DNA of 64,000 nucleotides from an uncultured Chloroflexia bacterium (GTDB lineage: Bacteria; Chloroflexota; Limnocylindria; Limnocylindrales; CSP1-4): positions 96,001 through 160,000 of the forward strand of contig CAVQJC010000010.1 of NCBI GenBank assembly GCA_963712745.1. The letters are read 5' to 3'. Under the pieces are notes generated by a model. It had not been told where the DNA came from. It saw only the letters and a list, made by a program, of their open reading frames with translations, and did no database searches. This document shows positions 52,969 through 62,515 of the stretch, piece by piece (position 1 is the first letter of the stretch; every line of letters begins with the position of its first letter). Position numbers and translations under genes: made by a program.

Positions 52969-53883
52969 CTACGTGCGCCGGCCTCGACGATACTCGGCCC
53001 CGCTCATGCGCCGCTTGCCGGCCGGCTGCACCTCGTCGAGGCGCAGCAGCCCCTCGCGCGTGCCCAGCGCCAGCGTGTCGCCGACACGGACCAGCTCACC
53101 GGGCATGGCCATGCCCTCGACCACTGAGGTACGCCACACCTTCAGCCGCACCCCGTCCGCCTCGAGGAAAGCCCCGGGCCAGGGCTGATAGGCGCGCACC
53201 TGCCGCTCGAGCTCCGCGGCCGGCCGCGACGGGTCCAGGCGTCCGTCCTCGCGCCGCAGCTGGCGGGTCAGCGTGGCGCCCTCGTCGGGTTGCGGCCGGG
53301 CGGTGAGGGTGCCCTCGAGCCACGCCGGCAGATGCTGTATGAGCATCTCAGCGCCCAGCTCCGCCAGCCGCGCCTCCAGCTCGGGCGCCACTTCGTCGCC
53401 CTCGAGCGAGACCTCGCGCTGGGCCAGGATGGGCCCGGTGTCGAGACCCTCGTCCATGCGCATGAGCGTCACACCGGTGACGACGTCACCGGCCAGGATG
53501 GCCCCTGCCACGGGCGCGGCGCCGCGGTGCCGCGGCAGCAGCGACGGGTGGATGTTGAGCGCGCCGTGCCGGGGCAGATCGAGCACCGGGCCGGGTACCA
53601 GGCGACCGTAGTCGGCGAGCACGATGAGCTCAGGCCTGGCGGCGGCCAGTTCGGCCACGACCTGCTCGTCGCGCAGCGTCGAGGGCGTACGCACGGGCAG
53701 GTCGCGCGCGGCGGCCCGTTCGGCCACCGGCGTCGGCGTCAGCAGCCGCTTCCGTCCAGCCGGGCGGGGAGGCGCGGTCACGACCGACTCGACCTCCACG
53801 AACTCGCTCTCGAGCAGTCGCTCCAGGGCCGGTAGCGCGACGGGACCGCTGCCGAAGAACGTCGTGCGGGTCGTGGTCCTCAT
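52969..53883 (-). CDS. fmt: Methionyl-tRNA formyltransferase
   Basis: ADYG, NIHPSLLPRHRGAAP, MDEGLDTG, QPWPGA. Confidence 0.96.
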   Translation of the reverse strand: MRTTTRTTFFGSGPVALPALERLLESEFVEVESVVTAPPRPAGRKRLLTPTPVAERAAARDLPVRTPSTLRDEQVVAELAAARPELIVLADYGRLVPGPVLDLPRHGALNIHPSLLPRHRGAAPVAGAILAGDVVTGVTLMRMDEGLDTGPILAQREVSLEGDEVAPELEARLAELGAEMLIQHLPAWLEGTLTARPQPDEGATLTRQLRREDGRLDPSRPAAELERQVRAYQPWPGAFLEADGVRLKVWRTSVVEGMAMPGELVRVGDTLALGTREGLLRLDEVQPAGKRRMSGAEYRRGRRT

Positions 53884-53892
53884 CGATCCGGG

Positions 53893-54408
53893 TCAGCCCA
53901 GGACCGGCATCTCCTGGCCGGACTCGGCCACCTCCTCCTCCAGCCGGGAGACCGGGATGAGGTCATCAAAGGACTCGAGGTAGTCGATGTAGAGGATGCC
54001 CTTGAGGTGGTCAAGCTCATGCTGCATGGCCCGCGCCAGCAGGCCGCTGCCGTTGGTCTTGATGCGGCGGCCATCGCGGTCCTGGGCCTCGACCCAGACC
54101 TTCTCCTTGCGCGGGACGTAGGCCACGTAGCCGGGCACCGAGAGGCAGCCCTCGAGGTCGTTTTCCTCGCCCGACGAGCGGGTGATGACCGGGTTGACCA
54201 GCTCATAGAGCCGGTTCTCGACCTCGATGACACAGACCTGCAGCGGCTCGCCGATCTGCGGGGCCGCCAGCCCGACGCCGGGGGCATCGCGCATGGTGTG
54301 GGTAAGGTCGTCGATGAGTTCGTGGAGGTACTTGCCGAAGCTGTCGACCGGCTCGCCCTTGAGGCGCAGGCGAGGGTCACCGAGGGTAAGGATGGGCTTG
54401 ACGGTCAT
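53893..54408 (-). CDS. def: Peptide deformylase
   Basis: GVGLAAPQIG, EGCLSVP, QHELDHLKG. Confidence 0.97.
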   Translation of the reverse strand: MTVKPILTLGDPRLRLKGEPVDSFGKYLHELIDDLTHTMRDAPGVGLAAPQIGEPLQVCVIEVENRLYELVNPVITRSSGEENDLEGCLSVPGYVAYVPRKEKVWVEAQDRDGRRIKTNGSGLLARAMQHELDHLKGILYIDYLESFDDLIPVSRLEEEVAESGQEMPVLG

Positions 54409-54444
54409 GATCCGAGTATATGCCGGGGCCTGAAACGCCGAGGC

Positions 54445-56875
54445 CTACAACAGGCTCTCGGGATCGACGTCGACCGACCACGGCGCCCCGGGGTCGCCAC
54501 CGAGCACCGCCGCCGGGTCGGGTCCGCGCAGCACCACGTGGAAACGCCAGCGACCGCCGCGACGGGCGATGTAGGCCGGTACCGGGCCCAGGACCGCCAC
54601 TCCTGCCTCAAGCTCGGTGGAGCGGGCGCGCAGGCGAGCCACCATCTCCTTCGCCACCTCCTCGGCCGAGTCGCGCCTGGCCAGCGCCGACCGTGAGCTT
54701 GATGAGCCGTCCGAAGGGTGGCGAGCCGAAGCGCCGCCGCCGAGCCAGCTCGTCCTCCACGAACGAAGTCGCATCGCCGCTCGCGACGGCGCGGATGGCC
54801 GGGTGCTCGGGCTGATAGGTCTGAACGATGGCGCGCCCGGGCCGCTCACCACGACCGGCACGGCCGACCGCTTGCGTCAGCAGCTGCCAGGTGCGCTCGG
54901 CGGCGCGTTCGTCGGGCAGGTTGAGTGCGATATCCGCCGAGACCACGCCGACCAGCGTGACCTCTGGGATGTCGAGGCCCTTGGCCACCAGGCTCGTGCC
55001 CACCAGCACGTCCGAGCCACCGTTGGTGAAGTCGTCGATGACCCGCGCCGCAGCGCCCTTGCGTTCCACCACATCGCGGTCGAGGCGCGAGACCCGCAAC
55101 TGGGGGAATCGCACCCTGAGCTCCTGCTCCACCCGCTCGGTACCGCCACCGAGGTAGCGGATGCGCACTGACTGGCAGGCCGGGCAACGCCGGGCCACGG
55201 GCGCCGAGGCGCCGCAGTGATGGCAGCGCAGGGCCACGACCGAGGCGTGGAATACCAGCGGGCGCTGGCACTCGGGGCAGATCTGGACGTAGCCACAGTC
55301 GCGGCAGAGCACGACGCTGGCGGCACCCCGGCGGTTGATGAGCAGGATGGCCCGGTCGCCCGCGGCGCGATCGAGCTCGTCGAGCGCCGTCGCGAGCGTG
55401 GCCGAGAGCAGGCCGCGATTGCCCTCCGCCAACTCCTCGCGCATGTCCGCGACCTCGACCTTGACTGGTGATCCCGAGCGGCGGCCATGCAGCCGCAGGT
55501 GCCGTAGCCGTCCCTGGCGGGCCAGCCCGACCGAGACGATGTCGGGCGTGGCGGAACCGAGGACCACCGGCACCGAGGCCAGCGAGCCCAGTACCACGGC
55601 CACGTCGCGGGCCTGGTAGCGCGGCGTGCGATCGGACTTGTAGGCGGGATCGTGCTCCTCGTCCACGATGACCACGCCCAACGGGTCCGGCGGCGAGAGG
55701 GCGGCCAGGCGCGTGCCCACCACCACCCGCGCCTCACCGGACGCGATGCGGCGCCACTCGTCGGCTCGTTCGCCGTCGCCCATGGCGCTGTGGAGCATGG
55801 CCACGTCTTCGCCCAGGTCGTGGCGCAGGCGGTCGATGAGCGGCGCGGCCAGGGCGATCTCGGGCACCAGCACGAGGGCCCCACGGCCGGCGGCACGGGC
55901 GCGACCGATGGCCTCCGCGTAGACCGCGGTCTTGCCGCTGGCGGTGTCGCCTTCCAGCAGGACCGTCTCGTGTCGTCGAGCGTCGATGGCCTCGCCCACG
56001 ACACGAAGCACAGCCGACTGCTCGGGGTCGAGGGCCGTGCCGGCCGGCCGGCTGCCGCGTGCCGGCTCGGCCCGTCCGGCCAGCGGGCGCCGGTCCTCGG
56101 TGCGCACGTCCAGCTCGAGCAAGCCACGCTTGACCAGCCCGGTCACGGCCGAGGACCCGTGGCGGTCGGCAAGGCGCGCCGCGACCTCGGCCCCGGGATG
56201 GGCCGGCTCGGCCATCTCAGTCAGCAAGGCCTGTTGCCGTGGACCGAGTGGTGCCCCCGCTGGTCGGTCGTTCCTGGCGAGCACGGCTGCTGCCTGCCGG
56301 CCAGCCTCGGTGAGCACCGCCCAGCGACGCTGCCTGGGCCGTGCGGTCGGTGGCTGCACTTGCCACTCCAGGCGCAATGCGCCATCTGCCTCGAGTGCCC
56401 GTAGTGCTCGTAGGAGCATGGCCCGGCTGCCGGCCTGCGGCAGCTCGTCGACGGAGATGCCGGCCGGCCCGGCCGCGGCCACGGACGCGAGCAGCGGCTC
56501 CACGGCGCTCCCCTCGCCCGCGCTGACCGCGAAGAGCCCGATGCGCTCGAGGGTCCCCCGCGGCAGCATCGCCCGCACCACCATGCCCGGGGGCGCCAGG
56601 TAGTAGCGGGCCACGTGCAGGGCCAGCTCGCGCCAGAGCTGACCCAGCAGGACACCATCCGAGCGTACGCGGGCCAGCAGCGGCTTCGTCTCCATCGCGG
56701 GCTCGGGCGCTTCGGCCAGGACCACACCGACCGCCCGCCGCCGGCCGAACTCGACCATCACCGCCTCGCCTGCTGCGATATCGGCCAGCGCTGCCGGCAC
56801 GCGATACGAGAAGCAGCGGCCGCCGGGTACGCCCGGCGCGTCGACCGCGACCTCGACGAAGCGCGGCTCCGTCAT
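54445..56875 (-). CDS. priA: Primosomal protein N'; +1 frameshift near 54688
   Basis: GDTASGKT, VPEIAL, DEEHD, SATP, Zn CxxC repeats, QAVGRAGR. The C-terminal LGPVPA...VDVDP is in ORF 54445..54861. Confidence 0.95.
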
Positions 56876-56881
56876 GACGGC

Positions 56882-57505
56882 CTAGACGCGGATGCGGCGG
56901 TGGGGGAACCTGCGGTGCTCGGTAGCGATGATGGCCTCGATCTCCTCGGCGGTCTCGTCGACCTTGCCGGTCTGGTTGACCACCACCTGGTCGTACTCGT
57001 CCTTGCGCGCCAGCTCCCGTGCCGCGTTCCGGCGGCGGATCTCCAGGTCCTTCGGCTTCTCGGTGTTGCGTCCGACCAGGCGCGCGTCGAGCTCCTCGAG
57101 CGAGGGTGGGACGACGAAGATGAGCAGCGCATCGGGCACCTTGGCGCGAACCTTGTCCGCCCCCTGCACGTCGATCTTGAGGATGGCGTCGCGGCCCGAC
57201 GTGAGGGCCGCCTGGACCTGGTCGCGCGGGGTGCCGTACTTGTGGCCGTGGACGGGGCTAGCCTCGAGCAGGCCGTCCGCTGCCTCCAGCCGGTCGTAGT
57301 CGTCCCGCGAGAGGAAGTGGTAGCTGACACCGTCGATCTCGTTCGGCCGTCGCTGGCGGGTGGTCACGGTCACCACGTAGTGCCGCGGGTATGCCGGCTC
57401 GCGCCGGGCCATGGCCTCGATGATGGTGTCCTTTCCCACTCCCGACGGCCCGGAGATGATTACCAGCTGCGCACCCGGCCGCCCCTCGATCGCGCGAATC
57501 GTCAG
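56882..57505 (-). CDS. gmk: Guanylate kinase; non-canonical start (CTG 57505 or ATT 57499)
   Basis: IISGPSGVGKDT, TTRQRRPNEIDGVSYHF, YGTP, IDVQGA, PPSLEEL. Confidence 0.95.
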   Translation of the reverse strand: MTIRAIEGRPGAQLVIISGPSGVGKDTIIEAMARREPAYPRHYVVTVTTRQRRPNEIDGVSYHFLSRDDYDRLEAADGLLEASPVHGHKYGTPRDQVQAALTSGRDAILKIDVQGADKVRAKVPDALLIFVVPPSLEELDARLVGRNTEKPKDLEIRRRNAARELARKDEYDQVVVNQTGKVDETAEEIEAIIATEHRRFPHRRIRV

Positions 57506-58446
57506 CTCCTTCTCTCCTCGCTCGCCCGCAACCGCTCGAGCACGGACTCGAGCTCGTTGGGCAATGGTGCCTCACATCGGACCAGCCGTCCGGACCCCGG
57601 TGACACGAACTCCAGCTTCCAGGCGTGCAGGAAGAGGCGCTCGAGCCGGTCGGGCCCGCGGCGCACCGTGCCCGTAGCGTAGACCGGGTCACCGGCCACG
57701 GCGTGCCCGATGGACGCGAGGTGGACACGGATCTGGTGGGTCCGACCTGTCACCAGGTCGAGCTCGAGATACGTCCACTCGGCGAAGCGCTCGCGCACGC
57801 GGTAGCCGGTCACCGCCGGCTTGCCCTCGGCGGTGACGGCCATGCGCATGCGATTGCGTGGATCGCGCCCGACCGGCTTCTCGATGCGGCCAAGCTGGGC
57901 ATTGACCAGTCCTCCCGCCAGCGCCAGGTAGGTCTTGCGCACGCGGCGGGCCTTGAGCTGTGCCTGCAGCGAGGCCTGGGCCGCATCGTTGCGCGCGACC
58001 ACGATGAGCCCGGAGGTGTCGCGGTCGAGACGGTGGACGATGCCCGGGCGTTCGGCCCCACCTCTGGTGGCCAGCCCGCCGCCGCCTCGCTCGAGGGCCA
58101 GCAGCGCGTTGACGAGCGTGCCTCGCTCATGGCCCGGTGCGGGATGCGTGACCAGGCCGGCCGGCTTGTCGATGACGATGACGTCGTCGTCGCGGTAGAC
58201 GACATCGAGCGGGATGTCCTCGGGCAAGAGCGCATCCACCGTGACCTCGGGCACATCGAGGACCAGCACCTGGCCCGGTCGCACCGGGTCGCGGGCACGG
58301 ACGCGCTGGCCCTCGCTGGTCAGACGGCCGTCGCTGATGAGCCGCTGCACGAAGGCCCGGGATAGCCCGGCCGCGTCGGCCATGAAGCGGTCGGCGCGGC
58401 TGCCAGCGGCGCCCTCGGGCACGGTCACGTGCAGGGGTCCGCTCAC
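57502..58446 (-). CDS. rluD: RluA/RluD family pseudouridine synthase
   Basis: S4-like N-terminus, DKPAGL, GIVHRLDRDTSG, TGRTHQIRVH, LFLHA. GTG 58446 overlaps the lspA stop. Confidence 0.93.
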   Translation of the reverse strand: MSGPLHVTVPEGAAGSRADRFMADAAGLSRAFVQRLISDGRLTSEGQRVRARDPVRPGQVLVLDVPEVTVDALLPEDIPLDVVYRDDDVIVIDKPAGLVTHPAPGHERGTLVNALLALERGGGGLATRGGAERPGIVHRLDRDTSGLIVVARNDAAQASLQAQLKARRVRKTYLALAGGLVNAQLGRIEKPVGRDPRNRMRMAVTAEGKPAVTGYRVRERFAEWTYLELDLVTGRTHQIRVHLASIGHAVAGDPVYATGTVRRGPDRLERLFLHAWKLEFVSPGSGRLVRCEAPLPNELESVLERLRASEERRS

Positions 58447-59024
58447 GACGGTGCGTCGCGGCGGAGGGACACGGCCCGGTCCCCGAGCAGGGCCGCGGCG
58501 AAGAGCAGGAGGATACCGATGAAGACCGCGGCATCGCTCACGTTCCAGGCGTACCAGCGCATGTCGCCGATGCCCATGTCCACGAAGTCGATGACATGGC
58601 CGAACCGTAGGCGGTCGATGAGGTTGCCGACCGCGCCACCCGCGAGCAGGCCGAGTCCGACGGTCACCAGCGGACCCAGGCCGGCGCCGTGCCGCCACTC
58701 GTACCAGGTGATGCCGGCGATGACGAAGACCGAGAGGATGGCCATGAGCATGGCCGAGGTGTCGAGGAAGCCGAAGATGGCGCCGTCGTTGTAGGTCTTG
58801 GCGATGCGAACCAGGTCGCCGAGCAGCTCGGTCGGTCCGCCCGGCTGGCCGGCCGGGATGGCCCGGGAGGCGACCTCGAAGGACCCATCGACCCAGGCCT
58901 TGCTGAGCTGATCGAACAGCACCACCGCGCCGGCCGTTCCCAGGAAGAGCGCCCAGCGACGACGCCATCGCGCGGGCGCCTCGCGGGCCCCCTCTTGTTC
59001 GACCGAGGCTGGCGCCTCAGCCAT
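58443..59024 (-). CDS. lspA: Lipoprotein signal peptidase II
   Basis: DQLSK, NDGAIFG, GAVGNLIDR, VIDF, WNVSD. Confidence 0.93.
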   Translation of the reverse strand: MAEAPASVEQEGAREAPARWRRRWALFLGTAGAVVLFDQLSKAWVDGSFEVASRAIPAGQPGGPTELLGDLVRIAKTYNDGAIFGFLDTSAMLMAILSVFVIAGITWYEWRHGAGLGPLVTVGLGLLAGGAVGNLIDRLRFGHVIDFVDMGIGDMRWYAWNVSDAAVFIGILLLFAAALLGDRAVSLRRDAPS

Positions 59025-62000
59025 CGGCCCCCTCCAGGGCGATGCGCACGATGCCGTTGTCGAGCGTCACCTCTACGGCCGTGATGCCGGCAGGTGGCTC
59101 TGCGAGCTCGATGTCGTCGGCGAGGACGTCGGCAGCCACACCGCCAAGGTGTGGTTCCAGGCGGTCGAGCACCGCCGTGGGGCCGCTGAGCCACAGCCGG
59201 ATGCGGGCATCGAGCGCCAGCTCGGCCTGCTTGCGCGATCCCTGCACGGCGCGGGTCAGCTCGCGGGCATCGCCCTCGGCGACGAGCTCCGGCGTGAGCT
59301 CGGTATCGATGACGACCACGATGCCCTCGTCGTGGGCCACGGCGGTGCCCGGGCGCGGGGTGGCCAGGACCTCGACCTCGTCCGGCGCCAGGGTCACACC
59401 ACCGAGCGTGACCGAGCCGTCGTCGTGGTATTCCACCTCGTCGGCGCGAGCGGCGGCCATGATGGCCGGGATGGCCGGGCCGTGCTTCCTGCCGATGACC
59501 GGCAGCAGCGGCTTCACGCGCCTGTCCACGAGCTCCGATTCGTCGCCGATGATCTCTACCGACTTGACGTTGAGCTCATCGGTCAGCAGTGCCAGCAGCT
59601 CGTCGGCAGCACCGGGCGGCAGCCCCTCTGCGAGTGAGCCCGACGGCATCGCCAGCCACAGCCGGCCCAGCGGCTGCCGCACGCGGATACCGGCCCGGCT
59701 GCGCAGGGTGCGGCCCAGCTCGACCGCCCGACGCAGATCCGCCATGGCCGACTCCAGCCGCTCGTCACGGAGCGGCGCCAGGTCGGCGGACGGCCAGCGC
59801 GTGAGGTGGACCGACTCGGGGGCACCCGGCTGAGCCGGGGCGACCAGCACCTGGTGGAACTCCTCGGCCAGGAAGGGCAACAGTGGAGCGAAGGTGCGAG
59901 CCACGCTCACCAGAGCCAGGTGCATCGTGCCGAAGGCGGCGTCGCGGGCGGAGGCGTCGTCGCCTCGCGAGAGGCGACGACGGGAGCGTCGCAACCACCA
60001 CGTGGAGAGGTCATCCACGAAGCTGCTGATGGCACGGGTGGCCCCACGCGTGTCGTACTCGGCCATGGACTCGCCCGCGACCGTGGCAGTGTCCGCCGCG
60101 CGCGAGAGGATCCAGCGGTCGAGCAGGCTGCGACGGGGGTCGACCGACTGCTCACCGACGACGTCACGGGCCGGCTCCCAGCCGCCCAGTCGAGCGTAGG
60201 TCGTGAAGAAGGCCAGCACGTTCCACAGCACCAGCAGCTCACGCCGCGCCTCATCGGCGGTGTGATAGCCGAAGAGGATGTTGTCCTCGGGTCGTGCGCT
60301 CGCGTACATCCAGCGCATGACGTCGACACCCATCCGCTCGGCCGCCTCGTTGAACTCGATGGCGTTGCCCCACGACTTGTGCATGGGCCGGCCGTCCTCG
60401 CCGTAGAGGGTGGCGTAGCCGAAGAGCGACTTGAACGGTGGCACCCCGCGCAGCACGGTGCCCATGGCCAACATCGAGTAGAACCAGTTGCGGAACTGGC
60501 CGGGGAACGACTCGGTCACGAAGTCGGCCGGGAACCACTTCTGCCAATACTCGGGGTCCGTCCGGTAATGCAGCGTGCTGAAGGGCACGATGCCGGCGTC
60601 GAGCCAGGGGTTGCCCACGTCGCGGATGCGGCGCGAGTCCGCCCCGCACCGCTGGCACGGCACGACGACCTCGTCGACCCAGGGTCGATGTGGCGAGCGG
60701 CCTGCCAACTGCTCGAAGCCCGATGACGCCCTTTGCGCCAGCTCCTCGCGGCCACCGATGACCTGGTACCCGTCGCACTCGGTGCACTCCCAGATGGGCA
60801 GGGCCAGGCCCCAGTAGCGTTTCTTGGAGATCGATCCAGTCGCCCATCGTGTAGAGCCAATCGATCTCGCGGTCGTAGCCGAAGCGGGGGTACCACCTGA
60901 TCTGGTCGACGATGTCCATGATCTGGTAGCGCAGGCTGGCGTTCTTCTGCGCCTGCGTCAGCGTCTCGCGCGGCTGCTCGTAGACCTCGCCCATGGAGAT
61001 GTACCACTCGTCGACGACGCGGAAAAGCAGCGCCGTGCCGCAGCGCCAGCAGTGCGGGTAGCGGTGTGTATAGGGCTCGAGGTGGTAGTAGAAGTCGAGC
61101 GCCTCGAGCTCCTCGATGATCTCGGCCGCGATGCCCGCGGCATCCTTGCCGCTGAACTTACCGAACCCCGCGAGGTAGTGGCCGGCCTCGTCGAGGGGCG
61201 CGATGACCGGCAGCTTGAGCTTCTTGCCCAGCGCGAAGTCCTCGGCCCCGCCGCCCGGGGCGATGTGGACGATGGAGGTGCCTTCGTCCTCACCCACCTC
61301 GTCCCATTCGATGACGCGGTGGACATAGGGCGCCTGGCCGTCGACGTCGACACCTTCGGCGAATGCCTCCGCCACCACCGGCAGGTCATCGAAGGCGAAC
61401 CGGTAGTGCCAGCCCAGCAGGTACTCGCCCTTGTGCTCCTCGATGACCTTGAAATCGCCCTGCACAGCGGTCCTGAGCGCGACCTTGCCGACCCAGAAGC
61501 GCTCGTCGCCCTGCTCGATGAGCACGTAGTCGAGGTCGGGGTGAACCGCTGCGGCCACGTTGGCCGTCATCGTCCAGGGGGTCGTCGTCCATACCAGCAG
61601 CGACTCACCAGGGCGGTCGACCAGCTTGAAGCGGACGGTCAGGCCCGGGTCTTCGCGGTCGCTGTAACCCTCGTTCATCTCCATCTGGCTCATGCCCGTG
61701 CCGCAGCGCGCGCACCAGGGCATGGAGTCGATACCGCGGTAGAGCCAGCCGCGACGATCGCACTCGGCGAGGAAGGCCCAGATGAGGTCGTTGTTCTCGT
61801 TGCTGAAGGTGAAGTAGGAGCCACCCAACTCGGGCAGGCCGAGGCGACCCACGATCATCTCGACCGTATCGGTGACCGGTCCGCGGGGGCCCTCTACGGT
61901 GATGACCTGCGAGGGATCCTGCTCCATCAGGTCGCGCAGGCGACGCAGCTCCGCGGGGTCGTTCCAGTCCATCCAGTAGCCCAGTCGGATCGACTGCTCG

Positions 62001-62408
62001 GTCTGGACCGCAGCATAGGTGAGCACGCGCTGCTTGCACAGGCGCACGAAGTCGGCCATGCCGAAGGATTCGATGTCCTTCTTGCTGGTGAAGCCGAGCT
62101 CTCGCTCGACGTTGACCTCCACCCACAGGCCCTGACAGTCGAAACCCTGCTGCCAGCGCAGCTCCTGACCGAGCATGGCGTGGTAGCGGTTGAAGGCGTC
62201 CTTGTATGTCCGGCCCCAGGCGTGGTGCACACCCATGGGATTGTTGGCGGTGATGGGGCCGTCGACGAACGACCAGTCGATCCCCGCCCGCATTCTGCGC
62301 GCGGAGCTGGCTGAAGATGGACCGCTCTCGCCAGAAGTCGAGCGTGCGGTGTTCCTGGGCAGCGAGGTCTGGCTGCGCGGCGACAGCCGGGAATGGGCTT
62401 CGTGACAT
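59017..62408 (-). CDS. ileS: Isoleucine--tRNA ligase (type 2); two +1 frameshifts near 62277 and 60833
   Basis: DGPITANNPMGVHH, GFDCQGL, WTTTPWT, YPHCWRC, (M)ISKKRYWG, PWLDAG, PMHKSWGN, IRVRQPL. Three frames are joined by two single-base deletions. Confidence 0.95.
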
Positions 62409-62515
62409 CGGGATGTGCAGTCTAGCCGAGCGTCCCGCGTTGAAGCGTGGTGCGCCGACGCACCAGCGACATGCGGTCCCGGCACACAACGATGATTGGG
62501 GCTACGATGCCGCCG

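Noticed and set aside
56875-56890. No rpoZ/coaBC between gmk and priA, and no rsmB or asp23 at their usual positions
   Set aside because: Ordinary synteny variation. Gene loss cannot be inferred from one window.
59017-62408. ileS (and ribF, priA, rseP) as true pseudogenes or programmed frameshifts
   Set aside because: All motifs are intact, there are no slippery heptamers, and the indels share GATC contexts, so sequencing error is more parsimonious.
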